DNA of 27,541 bases from a virus (Duplodnaviria > Caudoviricetes), in the IMG/VR virus record IMGVR_UViG_3300037465_000468, positions 1-27,541 of that record. One strand, written 5' to 3'. The position numbers and the translations under genes were made by a program. Of the stretch, positions 17,252 to 25,356 are shown piece by piece (the first letter of the stretch is position 1; each line of letters begins with the position of its first letter). Below the pieces are notes generated by a model. That model was not told the origin of the DNA. It worked only from the letters and a program-made list of their open reading frames with translations, and did not search any database.

Positions 17252-17265
17252 TTTCGGCATAAGGA
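17252..17265 (+). promoter_or_regulatory. Candidate phage promoter or operator motif TTTCGGCATAAGGA
   Basis: Lies in the divergent gap between the RNAP gene and the acidic mini-gene. A near-copy is at 22830-22844. Confidence 0.4.
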
Positions 17266-17293
17266 TAGTGGGTCCACAAGGGCCTGGAGAACT

Positions 17294-17404
17294 ATGGCAC
17301 CAAGAGACCTCGACAGCGAGATCGAGCGGAACCTCTTCCCCGAAGAGGAGGAAGAGGAGCCAGAAAAAGAGGAGGAAGAGGAGGAAGAGGAAGAGGGGGA
17401 TTAG
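17294..17404 (+). CDS. Tiny highly acidic protein (36 aa)
   Basis: GGAGA RBS just before ATG 17294. Sequence MAPRDLDSEIERNLFPEEEEEEPEKEEEEEEEEEGD has 21/36 D+E with mixed GAG/GAA codons. Its TAG overlaps the portal TAA. Confidence 0.6.
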   Translation: MAPRDLDSEIERNLFPEEEEEEPEKEEEEEEEEEGD

Positions 17405-20400
17405 ATCACGGCACTCTCAGGTCCGCGGCGCGGCGGCCGCTGCTCCGGCAGTGGCCGCTGCTCCGCGGCCCGCATGACGGAGAGCCTTTGCATGACGAGG
17501 TCGTGCATCTGCGGGACATCCGTGGACATCTGCTGGAGGATCCCCGCCTGCTCCTCCGGCTGCATGTGCGCGAGGCGCTTCGCCCATACCTCCGCAAGGT
17601 CGATGACGTTGACTTCTTGAGGACCGGCCGGTTGACCGGACTGGGACGGCAGCCCTCCTTCTTCGCCTGGGGCACCGGGAGGCATCCCGGGCTGTCCGGG
17701 CTGGGCTCCCTGCGCCGCCATCATCTTCTGCTGCGCGGCCGCCATCTGCTGCTGGGCCTTGAGCTGGTACTTGCCCATGACGACCTGGGCCTCGCCCTGG
17801 ACCGTTGCCTTGTAGAGCGTGTCGAGCTTGGTGACCTCCAGGTTCTGGCGCAGCTCCTGCTCGATGAGCTTGAGTTCGGCTGCGCTGTCCTTGTTGAACT
17901 CGGCGAGCAGCGTCTTGTCGGAGATCTTCCGAAGCTGGTTGAGCGAGAGCAGGATCTGCTTGGCCTGGATGTCGTCGGCCATCCGGAAGGCCTTCATGTG
18001 AGCAGAAGCCTCTCGCCAGCCCATGAATCGCGCGACGTTCGGGATCAGGAAGTGCCGCAGGAACTGCTCATGCATGTCCCGGTAGCCGAGGAACTGGTTC
18101 TCCAGCATGCGCAAAGAGACGCTGGAACCTGACCAAGTGTTGTGGCAGGCGAGGCCGTCCGCGAGGTACGCCTCCGTGCCCGGAACGGTGAAGTCGGACA
18201 TCGGAATCGGCTCGGTGCCTTCAATGACCTCCACCACCTGCTCGAAGTGCAGGTCGCCCCTCTTCAGGCGCTCCAGCCGCGCATAAAGCACAGGATCATG
18301 CTCGGCGACGAGCGAGAGGTCAGCCGCGCGCAGGGCGTCCAGAGAGACCTGCTCCTTGTAGAAGCGCGGCCAGGGACGGCTTCCGCGTACTGACGCCCCG
18401 TCTTCGCCGCGCTCCCACTGCGGACGGGGATGGGCTCGCCGCAGCTCAGCAATGCGCTCGCGGACGTATGGGACTTGCACGACTGGCTCATCACCGCCTG
18501 CCAGCCCTTCCAGCAGCGCCTGCTTCCGCTTCGACACGAAGCCTGCGATCTCCGCGAACCTCGCCAGGTCCGTACGGACACCGATCTTGTAGATCGGCGA
18601 TGCCTTCGATGGTTCGTACACCGATGCGCGGACACCCGCATTGAGCAGGACGAGCTGGAGCTGCCGCGCGAGGTCCCGCGAAGCCGTGTAGGCGACAACG
18701 GACCCGTGCCCATCCGGCTTCACACACACCGAGCCGTCACCCTCGTAGTAGCCCCGGAGGAACTCGCGCACGACCTCCTTGGGAGACTGGAGCACGGCCC
18801 ATGGAATCTGTTTCTCGTGGGACTTCCCGTCGAAGCCGCAGGCACGAAGCCAAGTCACGAGGTCGCGGGACCAGCAGTCATACTTCTTGTACACCTTCCC
18901 GGAACGGAGAGCTTGGCCGCTGACCGAGGGTAGCGCACCGAAGGTCTCGGTCCAACACCGCTCGAAGTCGCGGTTGACCTCATCGTCCGTGTTCCCGAAC
19001 CGCACGCGCTCGTCGTCGATGCACCCTTCCGAAACGAGGTAGCCGAGCAAGCGGGCGAACTCCGGGGTCATCCGCGTCGGGTAGAGCAGATCGCCACGAC
19101 GCCCCGTAGGTCCACGGCTGGTTGCTTCCGGGTCCGGTGCCGGAGGCAGAGTACATGGTCTCTCTGCCCACACCTCGGTACCTGGCATGGACACGAGATA
19201 GTCCCCAGCCTCGATGTCCTCGAGCGGCACGTAGTCGAGCGCGAGGTCGGGCTTCAGGACCAGGGCCGGGTGGTTCTTCGCGCCGGTGATCTCCAACCCG
19301 AGGCGGGTGCGCGCTGTGATCGGCAGCTTCTTGCCGACGTTGTGGACGTAGGAGACTTCGCGGAGCCCGTCGGGTGTCTGGATGACGAGGTCGCTGGCCC
19401 GGGTACGCGACTCGGTCTCGGGAGCGAGTGCCCCGATCGTCGTCATGCCATGCTGCTTGGACAAGACGAAAGACGAGGTTGAAACACACAAACCCCCAAA
19501 GACGAACTCCTGGGGGACCAGCATGCCTGCGATGATGTGCTCGGACCAGGCACGGATCTCCTGCGTGAGCATCAGCGCCTTCCCGGTCCCCCCGATGCGC
19601 TGCACGCCGACGGGAAGTGGGAGGATCGGCTTGTAGTTCGGGTCCCACCGCCACTTCTGGATCTCCAGCTCGATGCGTCGCTTCCAGTCCGAGAGGTTGA
19701 CGGTCAGGTAGGGGTTCGACGTGGCGTCCTGCGCTGTAGGGAAGATGATGTCCATCGGCACGAGGTGCTCGACCATGATGGCTTCCTGAGCCTTCTTCAT
19801 GATCTGGAGGTAGAAGCTGTCCTTCAGTGCCGGGAGGATGGGAGGGTAGCCCCAGCCGTCGTCGTTCGCGGCGAGCGAGACCGTCGGCGCCTTGAAGTGG
19901 TAGACGTTCTCCGATCGCAGGACGATGGGCCGGCGCTTCTTGATGGCCTGGATGAAGCTGTGCGGGAGTTCCTGGAGGTACCGCAGGTTCTTCTGGATGA
20001 CCGCGTTCCGGATCTTCACGGGGATCGCGTAGGCGTACTCGGCCGTCTGGGTGATCGGGTTGAAGTCGATCTCGACGTCCTCGGGACTCCACCGGATGAG
20101 CTTGATGTCCTGGTAGGACGGGTACCACTCGTCCTTGACTTCCGCCTCCCCGAATTGTCCGCAGGACGGACAGTTCAACAGGTAGTTGAAGTCCCGGAAC
20201 TCCCACTGCTTCTTCGCTTCCAGCTTCTTGATGCGCTCCGCCCACCCACAGCCCCGACAGCACAGGTACTTGTGGAAGGGGTAGAGGATGCTGACGATGG
20301 CGTTGCCGTAGGCGTAGTAGTCGAGCCCCACGTCGTATTGGAACCGCTGGATCTTCAGGACTCGGAAGAGGAGGTCTTCCCAGCGCTTCTTGTTCTTGTC

Positions 20401-20676
20401 GAAGCCATCGTAGTTCTCCTCGTCGATGACGACCTCGGTGATGGGGTAGGTCGCCATCTTCTTGACGACCGCCGACACCAGGGAGTTCGCCGTCGCATGG
20501 TAGCGGCACCACCGGAAGAGGCTCTTGACGGTGGTGGGCAGCTCCATGTGAGCGATGTCCCACCACTGCGACGGGTACCGGAAGCTGTTGTTCCGCCCAT
20601 CGAGGTTGGCGGTCCGGTTGCTCGAGAAGCGGAAGTTGCTCCCAGGGCCGAACCCGAATGCACCGAGGGTGGACAT
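17401..20676 (-). CDS. Phage portal protein precursor with intein (1091 aa; ~641 aa spliced)
   Basis: Portal-like segments: WCRY...NSLVSAVVKKMATYPIT, DYYAYGNAIV, VYHFK....WGYPPILPALK..YLQIMKKAQEAI, and IIAGMLVPQEFVFGG-L-TWSGSSVSLRMLENQF. It has a Q/P/G-rich C-terminal tail and lies in the same module as terL. Confidence 0.8.
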   Translation of the reverse strand: MSTLGAFGFGPGSNFRFSSNRTANLDGRNNSFRYPSQWWDIAHMELPTTVKSLFRWCRYHATANSLVSAVVKKMATYPITEVVIDEENYDGFDKNKKRWEDLLFRVLKIQRFQYDVGLDYYAYGNAIVSILYPFHKYLCCRGCGWAERIKKLEAKKQWEFRDFNYLLNCPSCGQFGEAEVKDEWYPSYQDIKLIRWSPEDVEIDFNPITQTAEYAYAIPVKIRNAVIQKNLRYLQELPHSFIQAIKKRRPIVLRSENVYHFKAPTVSLAANDDGWGYPPILPALKDSFYLQIMKKAQEAIMVEHLVPMDIIFPTAQDATSNPYLTVNLSDWKRRIELEIQKWRWDPNYKPILPLPVGVQRIGGTGKALMLTQEIRAWSEHIIAGMLVPQEFVFGGLCVSTSSFVLSKQHGMTTIGALAPETESRTRASDLVIQTPDGLREVSYVHNVGKKLPITARTRLGLEITGAKNHPALVLKPDLALDYVPLEDIEAGDYLVSMPGTEVWAERPCTLPPAPDPEATSRGPTGRRGDLLYPTRMTPEFARLLGYLVSEGCIDDERVRFGNTDDEVNRDFERCWTETFGALPSVSGQALRSGKVYKKYDCWSRDLVTWLRACGFDGKSHEKQIPWAVLQSPKEVVREFLRGYYEGDGSVCVKPDGHGSVVAYTASRDLARQLQLVLLNAGVRASVYEPSKASPIYKIGVRTDLARFAEIAGFVSKRKQALLEGLAGGDEPVVQVPYVRERIAELRRAHPRPQWERGEDGASVRGSRPWPRFYKEQVSLDALRAADLSLVAEHDPVLYARLERLKRGDLHFEQVVEVIEGTEPIPMSDFTVPGTEAYLADGLACHNTWSGSSVSLRMLENQFLGYRDMHEQFLRHFLIPNVARFMGWREASAHMKAFRMADDIQAKQILLSLNQLRKISDKTLLAEFNKDSAAELKLIEQELRQNLEVTKLDTLYKATVQGEAQVVMGKYQLKAQQQMAAAQQKMMAAQGAQPGQPGMPPGAPGEEGGLPSQSGQPAGPQEVNVIDLAEVWAKRLAHMQPEEQAGILQQMSTDVPQMHDLVMQRLSVMRAAEQRPLPEQRPPRRGPESAVI
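18139..19488 (-). mobile_element. Intein in portal protein (450 aa, LAGLIDADG)
   Basis: Junctions FVFGGL|CVSTSSFV...MSDFTVPGTEAYLADGLACHN|TWSG. Block B is ITGAKNHP. Endonuclease motifs are LLGYLVSEGCI and FLRGYYEGDGSV. Confidence 0.95.
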
Positions 20677-20679
20677 GCG

Positions 20680-21063
20680 CTAGCTCGTGGCCCTCCCACC
20701 CGCGAACCCGGCACCTACCAGTCCGGCACCCGCGAGACCCGCGGCGGTGCGCGGGTTGTGCCCGGCCCACTCCAGTGCCCTCGCCCCCGTCAGACCGGCA
20801 AGCTGACCCGCGGTGGCCTTCTCGGGACCCTCCCACATCCGACGACCGCGGATGATCCTGCCCCCCTCCACGCGGGTACCGTGCCGACCGACCTCCTTGG
20901 CTCCCGCCTCTCCTGCCATGCGACCCGCACGTCCACGGAGGAAGGCGCCGAACGCGTCGAAGAAGCCCTTTCCGGCAGCGCCTTGTGCGGTCTTCTCGAT
21001 CTCCTCCAACTCGGTCCAGAGGGCCTGCGCGAGCACTCGGCCACGATGATCGAAGTCGTTCAT
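20680..21063 (-). CDS. Gly/Ala/Arg-rich small protein with C-terminal glycine-zipper-like segment (127 aa)
   Basis: AAGGAG RBS and an ATGA overlap with the upstream gene. Acidic leader ending ELEEIEKTAQ; C-terminal TAAGLAGAGLVGAGFAGG. Confidence 0.75.
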   Translation of the reverse strand: MNDFDHRGRVLAQALWTELEEIEKTAQGAAGKGFFDAFGAFLRGRAGRMAGEAGAKEVGRHGTRVEGGRIIRGRRMWEGPEKATAGQLAGLTGARALEWAGHNPRTAAGLAGAGLVGAGFAGGRATS

Positions 21064-21716
21064 CTCTTCTCCTTCAGGCGCGCGAGCTGTTCGCGGACCT
21101 CCCTATCATAGTCCGCGAGGCCCTCGCGAATCGAGAGCACCTGGTTGGCCTGAACCTGCGCGAAGTATTCCGGGTTCGTGAAGTAGTCGCTCTGGCTCTC
21201 CAGGAGGTCTTGGACGGACTTCCTGTCCCGCTCGATGCCATTGCGGACGTCGTGTTCGTCCACCACCGCCTGCACCAGATCGAGCGGTGGTTCGAGGTAC
21301 CAGTGGCCTCCGTCGAGGAGGGCCGCGGCGATGTAGCGCTTCACGTCCTCCGAGTACTCGGCCTTCGAGACCCGCTCGGCCGTGCGCAGGGCGATGGCGA
21401 TCTCCTCGGGCTCCGGCGGCTGGCTGAAGGCGAAGACCGGGTAGCGGTGCGAAATCGCCGCGGCGCACTTCTCGAAGACCTCCCAGTCCTTCCAGAACGC
21501 GTCGGTCACGATCATGGCGCGGGCCGCCTGGATCTTCTCCCACGTGAGCGGGCCGATCTCCCCGTACTTTCGCTTCAACTCGTCGTGCAGGACCTCGGAG
21601 TCCCACATGACTGCGTTCGGGTCGAGGCTTGCGACGACGACCGCGAGCACGATGACGTGGGTTCTGCTCTCATCGTCCAGCAGTCCAGCCGGTCGAAGCA
21701 GGGGCGCAGCCGCCAC
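21060..21716 (-). CDS. Hypothetical protein (218 aa)
   Basis: GC3-biased ORF tightly packed between its neighbours; globular helical sequence. Confidence 0.8.
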   Translation of the reverse strand: MAAAPLLRPAGLLDDESRTHVIVLAVVVASLDPNAVMWDSEVLHDELKRKYGEIGPLTWEKIQAARAMIVTDAFWKDWEVFEKCAAAISHRYPVFAFSQPPEPEEIAIALRTAERVSKAEYSEDVKRYIAAALLDGGHWYLEPPLDLVQAVVDEHDVRNGIERDRKSVQDLLESQSDYFTNPEYFAQVQANQVLSIREGLADYDREVREQLARLKEKR

Positions 21717-21719
21717 GGC

Positions 21720-22814
21720 TCACACCGTGGTCGTGGAGGCGCTGGAGGCGAGCCGGGCGACGAGCTTCCGCTGTGGAAGAGGAAGGGACTGGAAGACGCC
21801 GAGGGGGTCCTTGAGGAACTCCGTGGCCAGCTTCTCCCCGAAGTAGGCCTTGACCGTCTGCTGGGTGGCGAAGGAGCGCAACTCGTCCTCCGTGACCCAG
21901 GCATCCCCCACCTGGAAGCTGGCGGGGGACTCCCGGTCGCCCTTTGCGGTCTTCTGGAGACCGAAGGTCGCGTACCACGGGTCGGCCACGCCCCGGTCCC
22001 AGAGTCGGTCCATGCCGCTCTCTCGATCGATCTCCTCCAGCCGCGCTGCGAAGTCGGCCGGGTCCATCTCCCGCTGGGCGGCAGCGAGCTTCCGAAGCTC
22101 CTCGACGTGCATTGTGTCACCCTGTTCCAGGAGGAAGTGGCCGCGCACCGAGAGGTGTCCCACGAGAGCCGGTGAGAATTGCTCGCCGATGTAGGAGCTG
22201 ATCGTCCCGCGCAGGGGCATGCCCGCCTTCTCCGCGGCGGCCGCCGTCTTGACCGCGAACTCCCGACGCTCCCGCGGCGTGAACTGGCCGACGTGCCGGT
22301 CGAAGTAGTCCATCGCGGCCTTCACCTGCTCCGCGTTGTCGAGGGGGTAGGTCTTCGACCCGTCTGCGCGCTCGACGGCGTAGTGGACATCCTCCTTCTT
22401 CAGGACCTCGGCGGGGCGGACGCCCGGACGCTGCCCGGTCACGTCCACGACGTTGGTCTCGGGGGCCTCGTCTGCGAGGTCGAGGATGGTGGACGGGGGT
22501 TCGATGCCGTAGGCCTCGCAGGCCAGCAGCAGGTTCCCTGCTGCGATCTTCTGCGCCTCCTCCGGCAGCTTCCCGTGGTTCTTCATGAAGTAGAGCGCCG
22601 AGAGCCACGTGTTGCCGGCATCGACCGTGGCGAACTTCTTGAGCGCCTGTCCATCCTCCACCAGCACGAGCGCGAACCTGTTCGGGTGGTCCGCCTGCGA
22701 CACCGGGGAAGCCGTCTTCACGAAGTCCGGGATGTCGTCATACTCGGGAGCGGCCCTCTTCAGGTAGGCGCCGCCGTCGTCGTAGAAGTCCAGGCTGGTG
22801 TTTCGGTAGGGCAT
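21720..22814 (-). CDS. Hypothetical protein (364 aa) with two internal repeats (DUF6582-like) and K-x-A motifs; first gene of the minus-strand module
   Basis: Repeats FALV..KKFATVDAGNTWLSALYF..KLPEEAQKIAAGNLLLACEAYGI and YAVE..KTYPLDNAEQVKAAMDYF..QFTPRERREFAVKTAAAAEKAGM. By hand count, 9 of 20 Lys are in K-x-A. Confidence 0.8.
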   Translation of the reverse strand: MPYRNTSLDFYDDGGAYLKRAAPEYDDIPDFVKTASPVSQADHPNRFALVLVEDGQALKKFATVDAGNTWLSALYFMKNHGKLPEEAQKIAAGNLLLACEAYGIEPPSTILDLADEAPETNVVDVTGQRPGVRPAEVLKKEDVHYAVERADGSKTYPLDNAEQVKAAMDYFDRHVGQFTPRERREFAVKTAAAAEKAGMPLRGTISSYIGEQFSPALVGHLSVRGHFLLEQGDTMHVEELRKLAAAQREMDPADFAARLEEIDRESGMDRLWDRGVADPWYATFGLQKTAKGDRESPASFQVGDAWVTEDELRSFATQQTVKAYFGEKLATEFLKDPLGVFQSLPLPQRKLVARLASSASTTTV

Positions 22815-22829
22815 CGACGGACTCGCAGG

Positions 22830-22844
22830 TTTCGGGAATAAGGA
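22830..22844 (+). promoter_or_regulatory. Candidate phage promoter or operator motif TTTCGGGAATAAGGA
   Basis: Lies in the 67-nt divergent gap between the structural and replication modules and matches 17252-17265. Confidence 0.4.
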
Positions 22845-22881
22845 GGTTGACGCCCATCTACCCTATCACGAGGAGGTTAGC

Positions 22882-23307
22882 ATGGGACTCTACGAGTCCT
22901 TGAGGACCGGCAGCACACCACAGCAGGGAGGCTACTCCTTCCAAGGAAACGCCAGCAACGACCGCTTCCGCATCCGACCCCAGGCGGGGCAGACGCAGCA
23001 AGCGGGGGTGAACATCTCCGTGAAGCCCGGACAGGGCCCCACAAGTCAGCACTACACCCAGCAGAGCATGAGGCCGGATGGCGGGATCGCAAACCAGCGA
23101 ACCCAGGACGCGGACAGGCCCTACGCCTATGCCCCGCCTGCCGTACATCAGTCCGGTCACGTGGACCACTGGCGACCTCCGACAGTCGGCGAGATCATGA
23201 AGGAGCTCGGCTGGCGGGTGATCGAGGCCGGCATCCAGGCGGTGACGGCCGAGATCGCCTACTTCTTCACCAAGCGCCGCTTCGGCGTGCCGATCTACCA
23301 GCGATGA
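22882..23307 (+). CDS. Hypothetical protein (141 aa), Q/G-rich N-terminus and helical C-terminus
   Basis: Strong AGGAGG RBS. Its stop overlaps the helicase start (ATGA). Confidence 0.8.
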   Translation: MGLYESLRTGSTPQQGGYSFQGNASNDRFRIRPQAGQTQQAGVNISVKPGQGPTSQHYTQQSMRPDGGIANQRTQDADRPYAYAPPAVHQSGHVDHWRPPTVGEIMKELGWRVIEAGIQAVTAEIAYFFTKRRFGVPIYQR

Positions 23308-24638
23308 CCTTCGTCGTCATGCAGCCCGACGAGGGCTACCGCCGGGACTGGCTCTGGATCCCGCGCCGGAAGGTCGTCAACGAGGCCGGCATCAAGGCGG
23401 CGCTCACCTTCCCGCTGCCGGACGAGGCGCCGATCCACGCGTGGATGGAGACGCCCTCGCACCTGATCGTGCCCAGGCACTTCATCCCCTACGGGGCAAG
23501 CGTGGACTACCCGGTCCACGACCTCTCCCCCACGTCGTTCCCCCGAGTGGATGTCTACCCGAGGAAGGACCTCAACGGTCCGGGGCAGCTCACGGCATTC
23601 GCCGCGATGGTCGACCAGGGGGACGGGATCGTCTCCCTGCCCCCAGGGAAGGGCAAGACCGTGGTGGCGCTCCATGCCTGGTGCGCCTCGAAGGTCCCGA
23701 TGATGGTCGTCGTGCACACGCAGGACCTCGCGTGGCAGTGGAAGGATCGGATCGTCGAGCACACCACGCTCAGCGAGAAGGACATCGGCTGGGTCCAAGG
23801 CGACAAGTTCGATTGGGAGAAGCCCATCGTCATCGCCATGATCCAGACACTGGCGTCGAAGGCGGAGGATCTTCCCCCGGAGCTCTCCCGCCACCTCGGA
23901 GCCATCGTCTACGACGAGGTCCACCACCTCGGGGCCCCGTGGTTCAACCGGACGGCCTCTCTCTGCCACGGCAGGAGGTGGGGCCTGAGCGCGACGGTCG
24001 AGAGGACTGACGGGCTGGACTACCTGTTCCGCTACCACGTGGGGCCCGTGCTCTACGAGACCACCGAGCACGACGTCATCCCGGAGACCTTCTTCCGACG
24101 CACCGGAGTGAGAGCCTCCACGGAGGACGCGAACGCCATGAAGGACCGCGCCGGGGACATCAATACGATGGCGCTCTACAGGTGGCTGGCGGAGAACGAC
24201 GCGAGGAACGGGCAGATCGTGAAGATGATCGACGAAGCCCGGTCAGAGGGCCGGAAGATTCTCGTCCTCTCCGAATTGGTGGACCACATCGAGCTGCTGA
24301 GGGCCCAGTTCAAGGGAGCCGGGCTGCTGCACGGAGAGATCAAGGGTTCCGAGCGGCAGGCGATCCTCAATGGGCATGACCTGGTCTTCGCGACCACGAA
24401 GCTCGCACAGGAGGGCCTGGACAGGAAGGACCTGGACACCTTGTTCGTCACGCTCCCTTTCTCCAGCCCACTGCGGATGCGGCAGATCTGGGGCCGCATC
24501 CAGCGCAAGTTCGAGGGGAAGCTCCCACCCGTCGTGGTCGTGTTCGAGGACGAGCACATCAAGGCCAGCCACTCGATGTGCGACGCGCTCCGATACCACC
24601 TCACGGCCCTGAAGTACCCCTACTCGGTCTCCAGGTAG
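23304..24638 (+). CDS. Superfamily 2 DExH helicase (UvsW/XPB-like, 444 aa)
   Basis: Motif I is LPPGKGKT, motif II IVYDEVHH, motif III GLSAT, motif V QEGLD and motif VI QIWGRIQR. Confidence 0.93.
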   Translation: MTFVVMQPDEGYRRDWLWIPRRKVVNEAGIKAALTFPLPDEAPIHAWMETPSHLIVPRHFIPYGASVDYPVHDLSPTSFPRVDVYPRKDLNGPGQLTAFAAMVDQGDGIVSLPPGKGKTVVALHAWCASKVPMMVVVHTQDLAWQWKDRIVEHTTLSEKDIGWVQGDKFDWEKPIVIAMIQTLASKAEDLPPELSRHLGAIVYDEVHHLGAPWFNRTASLCHGRRWGLSATVERTDGLDYLFRYHVGPVLYETTEHDVIPETFFRRTGVRASTEDANAMKDRAGDINTMALYRWLAENDARNGQIVKMIDEARSEGRKILVLSELVDHIELLRAQFKGAGLLHGEIKGSERQAILNGHDLVFATTKLAQEGLDRKDLDTLFVTLPFSSPLRMRQIWGRIQRKFEGKLPPVVVVFEDEHIKASHSMCDALRYHLTALKYPYSVSR

Positions 24639-24654
24639 ACCCAGCGAGAGACAC

Positions 24655-25356
24655 ATGGACGCAGAACAGAAGGAGGCCGCGCTCCGGGCACTCGCCGAGG
24701 AGTACAACGCCTGCGGTCGCTGCAAGCTCTGTCAGCCCGCGGGTCGGCAGCGGCAGAACATCGTCTTCGGGCACGGGAACCCGGATGCGCGGCTGATGCT
24801 CATCGGGGAAGGGCCCGGAGAGCAGGAGGACAAGGTGGGCGAGCCCTTCGTGGGTCCGGCCGGCAAGCTCCTCGACCAACTGCTTGGTTCGTTCAGCAGC
24901 AGTCGGGACGAGGTGTTCATCACCAACGTGGTCATGTGCCGGCCCACCCGCGACGACGACTTCCGGAAGAACCGGCCCCCCGACAAGGAGGAAATCGAGG
25001 CCTGCCGGGAGCGGCTGGAGCAGACCATCGAGATCATCGATCCGATGGTCCTACTTCTCCTCGGAGAGACGGCCTTGCGGACGCTCACGAAGGAGAAGAG
25101 GTCCATCACGGCCGTTGCGCAAGACAAGAAGATCCCCGTCCTGCAAGCCCGAACACGTGGCCAGTGCGCGGTGGTGGAGCGACCCGCGCTGGCCACCTTC
25201 CACCCCGCCTACTTCCTGCATTCCGAGAACGTGGTCTGGACCCAGGGCAGCGACATCCACATGACCTGGCAGGTCTTCCAGAAGGCGTTCTCAATGGTCG
25301 ACACCTACAACCAGGTCTACTACGACATCCCACGGCCTCAGAGGGAGGAGGAATGA
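24655..25356 (+). CDS. udg: Uracil-DNA glycosylase family 4 (4Fe-4S type, 233 aa)
   Basis: Motifs CGRCKL, VFGHGNPDARLMLIGEGPG..ED..GEPFVGPAGKLL, FITNVVMCRP, NRPP...EIEAC and TFHPAY. Confidence 0.93.
   Translation: MDAEQKEAALRALAEEYNACGRCKLCQPAGRQRQNIVFGHGNPDARLMLIGEGPGEQEDKVGEPFVGPAGKLLDQLLGSFSSSRDEVFITNVVMCRPTRDDDFRKNRPPDKEEIEACRERLEQTIEIIDPMVLLLLGETALRTLTKEKRSITAVAQDKKIPVLQARTRGQCAVVERPALATFHPAYFLHSENVVWTQGSDIHMTWQVFQKAFSMVDTYNQVYYDIPRPQREEE

Noticed and set aside
17226-17279. N-terminal extension MWTHYPYAESRWPWYKSA of the RNAP ORF
   Set aside because: It starts at TTG with no RBS, has atypical composition, and overlaps the putative regulatory motif. ATG 17225 is more plausible.
9657-21111. 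Many long alternative-frame ORFs (e.g. 10279-11688, 11379-12725, 13800-15440, 15610-17277, 18980-20836, 19537-21111)
   Set aside because: These are shadow ORFs expected at high GC3. They overlap well-supported genes and have R/G/P-rich or antisense-type composition with no motifs.
22847-22869. TTGACG...TATCAC as a sigma70 promoter
   Set aside because: The spacer is only 11 nt, and no -10 element lies at 16-18 nt.
24655-25356. Uracil-substituted genome as in AR9/PBS1-type RNAP phages
   Set aside because: An intact family-4 uracil-DNA glycosylase and high GC argue against it.
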